DNA of 64,000 nucleotides from a virus: IMG/VR virus record IMGVR_UViG_3300017963_000228, positions 24,663 through 88,662 of that record. One strand, 5' to 3'. The notes below the pieces were generated by a model. It did no database searches. It saw only the letters and a list, made by a program, of their open reading frames with translations, and was not told the DNA's origin. Positions within the stretch are counted from its first letter, which is position 1, and every line of letters begins with the position of its first letter. Positions 57,700 through 64,000 of this stretch are shown here, piece by piece. The translations under genes were made by a program, and so were the position numbers.

Positions 57700-58818
57700 T
57701 TAATTGATGAATCCTGCTACCCATTGCCAAAAGCTTTTGACTTCATTAAAAGCAGGGAATGCTTCCTTGCAATAGTCGCGAATAGCACTAATAGTATCAG
57801 CATCAACCGCCCCATGGTCCTTTATTGTTTCAATGATCAATGCCATAGTGTCAGCATCAATGCCAAGCTTTTCAATATAGTATTTCTTATCCTTTACCGT
57901 TTCAGGTGCTACCGTATCAGGTGCTTTCCCTTGCAATTGATTCAAGGCATTGATAAATGCTGCTATTGCCTTTTTTTGCGCTCCTGCTGCCCATATAAAT
58001 ACGCCTTGTGATCTCTTATTCGTCCAGTGTTGCCTAATAGTGGAATTGATTGTTTCAGGTGTTGTTAAGTCAATTGATTGTACCATTTCATCGAATGTAT
58101 TGATATGGGCAAGCTTTTTTGTACCCATAAATTTTGATTTAAAATTGTCCATAAAAAGCTTATACAATTTGTTAATCAATTCGGATTGATCATTCGGAAT
58201 AACTTCAATTGATTTCGATACCGTTTCTGCTGGTACGGTATCAGGTGCTTTTTTCTCATTCCTTTTAATGATTGTTTCTTGTTTAATGCTTTGTATTTCA
58301 TTCAACCGTTTATTCAATTGTACCAGCAAAACATTGTTTTCAGATACCACTTTATTCAATTGTTTAAGATACGATTTTATTTCAACTTGATCTTTCTCGA
58401 TGGTTGATACCTTAGCATCGTAAATCGCAATTTTTGCATCAATCGCGATTAAGCTTTTTTTCATATCTTCAACCGCTGCAAATTTATTAATAGTCAATTC
58501 CGATTGACTTTCAATAATACCTTTTTTTGCCATTCCCAGCATAATAGGATTATCTGCTTTTTTTTCTGCTTTTTTGATTTCGATAGTCTTGACTGCTTTT
58601 TTCTGCAATTGATTCAAGATAGGATTAGTCATTGTTATTCCCTCCATTTTTAATTGGTTTAATGATTCCATTAAAATATCATGGGATATCAATTCTTGTT
58701 TTTTTCCCTGCTGGTAATGTATCCAATTAAATTTATCTAATCTGTTGAATGATCCTTTTTTGTTATACTTAAAATGGTAATCACCATTAAAAGCACTATC
58801 CCGATTGACTGTAATCAT
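57700..58818 (-). CDS. Coiled-coil hypothetical protein (possible internal start at 58632)
   Basis: 372 aa; GGAGG RBS before MTNPILN; repeated KAPDTV(PA/AP)ETV linker. Confidence 0.65.
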   Translation of the reverse strand: MITVNRDSAFNGDYHFKYNKKGSFNRLDKFNWIHYQQGKKQELISHDILMESLNQLKMEGITMTNPILNQLQKKAVKTIEIKKAEKKADNPIMLGMAKKGIIESQSELTINKFAAVEDMKKSLIAIDAKIAIYDAKVSTIEKDQVEIKSYLKQLNKVVSENNVLLVQLNKRLNEIQSIKQETIIKRNEKKAPDTVPAETVSKSIEVIPNDQSELINKLYKLFMDNFKSKFMGTKKLAHINTFDEMVQSIDLTTPETINSTIRQHWTNKRSQGVFIWAAGAQKKAIAAFINALNQLQGKAPDTVAPETVKDKKYYIEKLGIDADTMALIIETIKDHGAVDADTISAIRDYCKEAFPAFNEVKSFWQWVAGFIN

Positions 58819-59000
58819 TTTATCACCTTATCAAATGCAGATTGATATTGATCATTGATAAGTATCAATTCCGTTTTAATATTGTTATACGATGCAATCC
58901 CGAAATAAATAATTGATGCAATGATAGCAAAGTCAATTGCGATAAAAATTGCTTTTCTCATTCGTTTCACCTCCCCTCTATTGTGATTTATGATTGCCAT
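58815..59000 (-). CDS. Small membrane protein with two in-frame starts
   Basis: One TM helix; identical GGGGAGGTGA RBS before ATG 59000 and ATG 58961. Confidence 0.6.
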   Translation of the reverse strand: MAIINHNRGEVKRMRKAIFIAIDFAIIASIIYFGIASYNNIKTELILINDQYQSAFDKVIK

Positions 59001-59044
59001 TGATTATCACCTCCCCTCTATAAAAAAAGAATAAATAAAAAAGC

Positions 59045-59072
59045 ATTATCATATAATATATGACCATTGCAA
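59045..59072 (-). promoter_or_regulatory. Putative leftward promoter
   Basis: Minus strand TTGCAA-N16-GATAAT. Confidence 0.35.
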
Positions 59073-59557
59073 GGCTAAACAATGGGAAAACCACTTTTTT
59101 TATAAGCTTTTTTTATTATCAATGCCATTGAATGCTTATTAATTACTTGATTGACTTGAAAGCAATAGAAAAAAAAGTATTTTTAAAATCATAATAAAAT
59201 CAACTATTTAAGCCTATTGACAGTTAATATTGACTTATGAGAAAATGGGTTTTTTTATAAGTATAAGCAATGATCAATCGCATTGAATGCTTTCAATTGC
59301 TTATATTGTTTTGAATCAATCGCATTGATTGATTGACAAAATCAATCGAAATGCCATTGATTGACCATTCAGATTAATATTTTAAAGTATTTTCTGAATG
59401 AAATTCATAAAAAAATCAATGACTTGCATTGAATCAATCCTGCAAGTCTCCAGATATAAGATGGAGTGATTGAATGGGTTTTGCAGCAATCATAACAATC
59501 ATTCATCACTCCAAAATTTTCAAATCTTTCCAATCATTTTTAAGAAAGGAATCAATC

Positions 59558-60232
59558 ATGGGAAAGAAAGCAATCAAACAACACATTAAATCAAATGGCA
59601 ATCGTTTTTACTGTGGATTGAATGCAAGGAATCGAATCAAAGATGCATTCATTGATCCTGAAGACAATCAATTGTATTCCTATGAAGGGGAATTGATTGA
59701 TCATTCCAATATGCATTTGATTTGTACCAATTGCTTAAAGCTTGGATTCCCTGAATTGCACAATCGATTGCTTAATGACAAAGCAATCGAATCCTTCCGT
59801 AATTCCCTTCCTAAATCGAATCGTGAACGTAAACGATTGAAATCAATCAATCGTAACAAGCGTTGCGATTCCCGTAAATCCAAACCATTCAATGTCATTT
59901 ACCTTGGATACAATCCAATCATTGAAAAACCAATTATGGACCCATCCAGATTGCTTCCATTGCCTGAATCATTCCAGAAAAAGGAATCAAAAAAGCAATC
60001 AAAGAAAAAAGCAATGGCTAAAACCAAAGAACCAATAATTGAATTGACCGAAATAGTGAATGATCAACTTGAGGATTCATTCATTGAATTTGGCAATCAA
60101 GTGGCAATTGTTAGAGGTTTTGGCAATTATTGGAAAGTGATTTATAAGAATGATGATTCAACAATTGAAGATTTATCCGATTGGATACCATATGCTGCGG
60201 CAATGAATGAAGCACAGCAATTGGTAGCATAA
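59558..60232 (+). CDS. Hypothetical early protein
   Basis: Start MGKKAI with GAAAGGA RBS; H...C...CTNC motif. Confidence 0.6.
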   Translation: MGKKAIKQHIKSNGNRFYCGLNARNRIKDAFIDPEDNQLYSYEGELIDHSNMHLICTNCLKLGFPELHNRLLNDKAIESFRNSLPKSNRERKRLKSINRNKRCDSRKSKPFNVIYLGYNPIIEKPIMDPSRLLPLPESFQKKESKKQSKKKAMAKTKEPIIELTEIVNDQLEDSFIEFGNQVAIVRGFGNYWKVIYKNDDSTIEDLSDWIPYAAAMNEAQQLVA

Positions 60233-60267
60233 ACAATCAATCAAATAAATGAAAGGAGATTGAATCA

Positions 60268-60402
60268 ATGACAATCAAACGAATCACAAAATCTGGCAAA
60301 GTCAATCCGAATGAATACCATGAAAAAGGATTAAAGAAAAAGAATCGCAATAAAAAACGCCGCCGTGATTCAATCCGAATGAAGCAATTGGGATTGAATT
60401 AA
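60268..60402 (+). CDS. Small very basic protein (44 aa)
   Basis: AAAGGAG RBS; MTIKRITKSG...KKKNRNKKRRR. Confidence 0.55.
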   Translation: MTIKRITKSGKVNPNEYHEKGLKKKNRNKKRRRDSIRMKQLGLN

Positions 60403-60417
60403 AAGTGAAGTTATGTG

Positions 60418-60472
60418 GGCAATTGGAACTGATTGCAAAGTCAAGTTATCTATGCAATTAGTTCTGATTGCC
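60418..60472 (+). promoter_or_regulatory. 20-bp RNA stem-loop (possible RNase III/processing site)
   Basis: All 20 positions pair on + strand RNA including three G-U pairs. Confidence 0.55.
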
Positions 60473-60514
60473 TTATTCATTCATTTTTTCAATCAACTGT
60501 AAAGGATACTTGTC

Positions 60515-60760
60515 ATGGCATGGGGAAAAATCTTTTCAATCGTAAAGGAATCATCCGAATGTTGTATTTGCAGTAAATTGAGAGCATTCAATCAATGCGC
60601 TTCAATCAATACTGATTATGGTGAATTCATTGTATGCAATGAATGCTCTCTTAAAATGCATAGCAATACCAATTATTTGATTGATCCCCATACCTATCAA
60701 ATCAATGAACGTAATGCCTATATCGCCAAACTTTATATCGAATCAATTTTCAATGAATAA
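60515..60760 (+). CDS. Zn-finger hypothetical protein
   Basis: CCIC...VCNEC. Confidence 0.55.
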   Translation: MAWGKIFSIVKESSECCICSKLRAFNQCASINTDYGEFIVCNECSLKMHSNTNYLIDPHTYQINERNAYIAKLYIESIFNE

Positions 60761-60784
60761 TCAATCAGGAAAGGAATCCAAGTT

Positions 60785-61312
60785 ATGCCTAAACACCATT
60801 TAATCGGATTGTCATTAAGTCAATGTACTAAAGATTGGTTGAATCAATCAATCAGTCTTGATTCAATTCATTGTATCATTTCTGGAACGGCTATAATTGA
60901 TTGCCATGATTCAATCATGAATTGGATCACTATTGAGCCGTCCATTCAATCACAATTGATTGAATATGGTACTGAATCAGTAGGTGAATTCATTGAGCAT
61001 TTATTCAAATACAAAAAACTGATTCAGCCCCGATTGAATCAATCTGGAATGCTTCCTGCCTATTTCGCAACATATCATTGGATTCATCATACCCGATTGA
61101 CTGATTGGTATCGCCACAGAGCAATCAATCAAATGTGTCCATATTGTGGATCAATCAATGATTATCAATGCATTGCCATGAATGCCACTAAACAAAAAGA
61201 GATTGATGAATATCAATTGCTTTGCAATGAATGCAATAAGGATTGGGCAATGCCTTTTGATCCTGTTTGGCATCATTACGAAGCATCCGATTGGCAATCA
61301 ATTAAACGATAA
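60785..61312 (+). CDS. Hypothetical protein with C-terminal Zn ribbon
   Basis: IGLSLSQC...KLIQPRL; CPYCG...CNEC. Confidence 0.6.
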   Translation: MPKHHLIGLSLSQCTKDWLNQSISLDSIHCIISGTAIIDCHDSIMNWITIEPSIQSQLIEYGTESVGEFIEHLFKYKKLIQPRLNQSGMLPAYFATYHWIHHTRLTDWYRHRAINQMCPYCGSINDYQCIAMNATKQKEIDEYQLLCNECNKDWAMPFDPVWHHYEASDWQSIKR

Positions 61313-61336
61313 CAATCAATCGAAAGGAGCATTACA

Positions 61337-61870
61337 ATGAAACCAATCAAAATTTATGGTTCCAATGGTGAATTCAACATTGATTCAAAAGGTTATATCA
61401 TTGACAAAGAATCAATGCCAGATGATTACCAACATTTCAACCGATTCAATATCAATGAATATCTTCATTGGCTTGATTCAATGGGATTGCAACATGATAA
61501 TGATGAATCACAATTGCCAATTGATATATTGGATATCGGCGTTTGGTATGGTGAATTCAATGCCTATGATCCACCGGATGAATCGCATCGAAATGAATGG
61601 GCAATTGAACATTTGAATGAAGCAAAAGAAAAACAAAAATCAATCAATGATTCCAAATTAAAAGAATCAACAATCGTGGCAATCGTTGAATCATTCCATA
61701 CAGGACAAGGCCGCCAAATGGTTGAATTGATTGATTCATATGGATTATACGATGTATGGCATGACATTGCCAATCATTTGAAAGATACCTACGGTGAATT
61801 GATTGACCATGAAGCAAACTATTCATTTCAGCAAATCGTGATTCAATACCATAAAATCAAATACCGTTGA
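61337..61870 (+). CDS. Hypothetical protein
   Basis: AAAGGAG RBS; IDILDIGVW motif. Confidence 0.6.
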   Translation: MKPIKIYGSNGEFNIDSKGYIIDKESMPDDYQHFNRFNINEYLHWLDSMGLQHDNDESQLPIDILDIGVWYGEFNAYDPPDESHRNEWAIEHLNEAKEKQKSINDSKLKESTIVAIVESFHTGQGRQMVELIDSYGLYDVWHDIANHLKDTYGELIDHEANYSFQQIVIQYHKIKYR

Positions 61871-61884
61871 TTGAAAATCAATCG

Positions 61885-61922
61885 AATGCCTAATTGGGAT
61901 TCATTCCCTTTTAGGCATTTTT
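61885..61922 (+). terminator. Intrinsic terminator
   Basis: aatgcctaa / ttaggcatt plus T-run. Confidence 0.65.
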
Positions 61923-61941
61923 GCGTCTAAAGGAGCATTCA

Positions 61942-62010
61942 ATGGATGAAATGGATTATTTAGGACTTTTCATTGTATTATCAAGCTTGCTTATTTGCTT
62001 TTTACATTGA
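61942..62010 (+). CDS. 22-aa hydrophobic peptide
   Basis: AAAGGAG RBS; MDEMDYLGLFIVLSSLLICFLH. Confidence 0.4.
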   Translation: MDEMDYLGLFIVLSSLLICFLH

Positions 62011-62086
62011 AATCACAAGTTATCCCATATGACAGTATAGGTTTTAATTCATAAATCAATTTTTCAATAATGAGAGGATTGACACA

Positions 62087-62185
62087 ATGATTGACCGTAT
62101 AAATCTTATTGGATTAGTTGTTTTCGCATTATTTTTTATCCTATGTGCAATCAAACCTGAAGTCATTCAATGGGCATTCTTCTAA
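62087..62185 (+). CDS. 32-aa membrane peptide
   Basis: GAGGA RBS; MIDRINLIGLVVFALFFILCAIKPEVIQWAFF. Confidence 0.45.
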   Translation: MIDRINLIGLVVFALFFILCAIKPEVIQWAFF

Positions 62186-62209
62186 TCATTCAATGAAAGG
62201 AGATCAATC

Positions 62210-62626
62210 ATGACTTACACAATTGAAGATCTTAGAAAAGCATTCCCCGAAATAGATGGAATTAAGCTGATTCTTATTAAAAGAATCATTAACAAGGAAA
62301 TCGAATCAAATGAATTGGAACTATTCGATTCAAATGCGAAGTGGATTATGCAATGCTACAATCGGCCCAATGATACGGAGTTATCCATGAATGCATTAAA
62401 TGAATTGATTGAAGGATTCGGAACGGAAGCAATCAAAAATGAAAATGCCTATGTCAATAAATATTATTCCGATTGCATTGGCATTTATGTCAATATGGGT
62501 GATTCATACGCAATGACAATCATTTATGATACCAATGAAAATGAATTCCTCATTACTTCATGGGGCGATTTCATTGAAGCATATGAGCAATCAATTGAGA
62601 ATGAATCAAATGAATTAGAGGATTGA
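62210..62626 (+). CDS. Conserved phage hypothetical protein
   Basis: CYNRP...ALNELIEGFGTE...YVNMGDSYAMT...TSWGD motif; AAAGGAG RBS. Confidence 0.7.
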   Translation: MTYTIEDLRKAFPEIDGIKLILIKRIINKEIESNELELFDSNAKWIMQCYNRPNDTELSMNALNELIEGFGTEAIKNENAYVNKYYSDCIGIYVNMGDSYAMTIIYDTNENEFLITSWGDFIEAYEQSIENESNELED

Positions 62627-62655
62627 AAAATATTTTTTACAGTATTCAAAATATG

Positions 62656-62684
62656 TTGACAAAATGCTTTTTGTTTAGTATATT
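62656..62684 (+). promoter_or_regulatory. Strong sigma70-type promoter
   Basis: TTGACA-N17-TATATT. Confidence 0.75.
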
Positions 62685-62753
62685 CCAGTTTTCATAACAA
62701 AGGCAACAATGCCTTTAAATCCATTTAATCGAATAATTGAAAGGAGATTAACA

Positions 62754-63605
62754 ATGGGAAACAATTACATTAATGGAATCAGTATTGATCAAATCATTTC
62801 AACTTTAAACAAAGCAATTCCTTTGATCGAATCACAATCAAATCAATTAAACCAACAGCCTGATGATCCAATGAATGCCACTATGAAAGCAGCATTACAA
62901 TTGCATTCAGATCAAATCCATTCAATTACTACCCTCCTACGTTCAATCAATAAAAATACCATACATCCTATCAATTTTGTTGATGCATTAGCAATGAAAG
63001 AAGCATTAGAAGAATATGGTTCACCTATTGAATCAGTTGATATTCTTCCTATGTGGCATAATTCCAATCAATCTCCCGATGATTCCAATCCTGATTACTT
63101 TATCATGGTCATTCACTATTCACGATATTCATTGAATCCAATTGGTTATCACAATGGATATGAGAAGGTGATATTTGAATGGAAACTCTATTTCAAAAAA
63201 GAATTGGGGTTATCTGGAATCCCATATAATCTATCCCATCTTGTATGCATTCCTCAATGCGATCAATTGGAAATCGTCAATAAATCCCTTCCTGATGAAG
63301 AATTCCCTAACAATGATTCCCATGAACCTGATTGCGAAGTATTCAAACGATCTCTATTGCATCCTTGGAATCCTGAAGATGAACCATTCCCCGATGATTG
63401 CACTTGCGGATTGAATGAACAATGGGAAGGCTATTCCCATCCAGATGATGAATTTTTCTATCAGGAAATGGAAAATATCATTGGAATCATTATGGCAAAT
63501 AATTTCATTCCCGATGCTAAATTTGATCCGACTAAAAGTGAATGGACATTAGGGGATCAATCATACGTAGTAGGACAGCCATTGGATGAATGGTGGCTGG
63601 GTTAA
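62754..63605 (+). CDS. Acidic hypothetical protein
   Basis: Start MGNNY with AAAGGAG RBS; HEPDC...CTCG motif. Confidence 0.6.
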   Translation: MGNNYINGISIDQIISTLNKAIPLIESQSNQLNQQPDDPMNATMKAALQLHSDQIHSITTLLRSINKNTIHPINFVDALAMKEALEEYGSPIESVDILPMWHNSNQSPDDSNPDYFIMVIHYSRYSLNPIGYHNGYEKVIFEWKLYFKKELGLSGIPYNLSHLVCIPQCDQLEIVNKSLPDEEFPNNDSHEPDCEVFKRSLLHPWNPEDEPFPDDCTCGLNEQWEGYSHPDDEFFYQEMENIIGIIMANNFIPDAKFDPTKSEWTLGDQSYVVGQPLDEWWLG

Positions 63606-63679
63606 TCAAGTTATCTGGCAATCAAGTTAAATGACAAATCAAGTTATCTATTCAATCAAATAAGTGAAAGGAGATTGAA

Positions 63680-64000
63680 ATGAAAAAACGTATGGTGATT
63701 GGCAAAAAAGATGGACGGCAAGTTAGTTTGGAATGGGAATTGAAACTAAAGAATCCTAACGGAAGTCAATACGACATTCATAACAAGCTTATGAATGACA
63801 AATGGTTTCAATTGTCCATATCAGCTAATTCTGCTAATTGGGCAGGACAGGCGTATGATGAATTGCTTTCAATGGATGAAACCTACATTGATCAATCCAA
63901 ATTGAAACAATTAATTGAATACTGGAAAGCATGGCATTTGAATGATATGCGTCCCGGCTGTATTCATCAAAAGGAATGGGATGGAAATAAAAAACTTAAA
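63680..64000 (+). CDS. Conserved phage hypothetical protein, partial
   Basis: AAAGGAG RBS; open to window end; WKAWHLNDMRPGCIHQ motif. Confidence 0.65.
   Translation, partial: MKKRMVIGKKDGRQVSLEWELKLKNPNGSQYDIHNKLMNDKWFQLSISANSANWAGQAYDELLSMDETYIDQSKLKQLIEYWKAWHLNDMRPGCIHQKEWDGNKKLK

Larger units (their letters stand above)
1..64000. mobile_element. Tailed dsDNA bacteriophage genome segment (siphovirus-like Caudoviricetes)
   Basis: Ordered terminase-portal-protease-capsid-neck-tail-tape measure-tail tip genes, no sheath gene, no host housekeeping genes. Confidence 0.96.

Noticed and set aside
56940-64000. Explaining the motif bias purely as GANTC (CcrM/HinfI) sites
   Set aside because: CAATC, CATTG and CAATG words look similarly abundant while GACTC/GAGTC are rare, so GANTC alone does not describe it
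1-64000. Stop-codon reassignment
   Set aside because: Genes are full length and tightly packed under code 11; TAA, TAG and TGA all terminate genes

Overview
The window is a 64-kb slice of an AT-rich (~32% GC by eye) tailed dsDNA bacteriophage with siphovirus-type gene content. It is read in standard code 11; no integrase, endolysin, tRNA or CRISPR array was seen. (1) 41849->1, minus strand, is a complete morphogenesis arm. It runs TerS, TerL, HK97-type portal with a MuF-like C-terminal extension, prohead protease/scaffold, HK97-fold capsid, head-tail genes and major tail protein. A ~6.8-kb block of extra virion-like genes follows, then a tail chaperone with a -1 frameshift site, a 1831-aa tape measure, and a lambda/GTA-like tail tip (Dit, DUF2163, NlpC/P60) with two tandem paralogous gpJ-like tip proteins. 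The arm ends with paired and tripled fibre/lectin paralogues and a GT9 glycosyltransferase. (2) 41941->56575, plus strand, holds an HTH replication-initiator-like gene behind a structured leader, an Hc1/histone-like protein, a methyltransferase/beta-propeller/SGNH cluster, FN3-like proteins, a SLOG-NADAR-DUF4326 fusion and many small ORFs. (3) ~56.9-64 kb is a divergently transcribed early-type region with strong promoters and RBSs. It is saturated, in coding and non-coding DNA, with a degenerate palindromic S-A-W-T-S / TCAAT-ATTGA motif, the most unusual signal in the window. All product calls come from motif recognition by eye; no database search was run.
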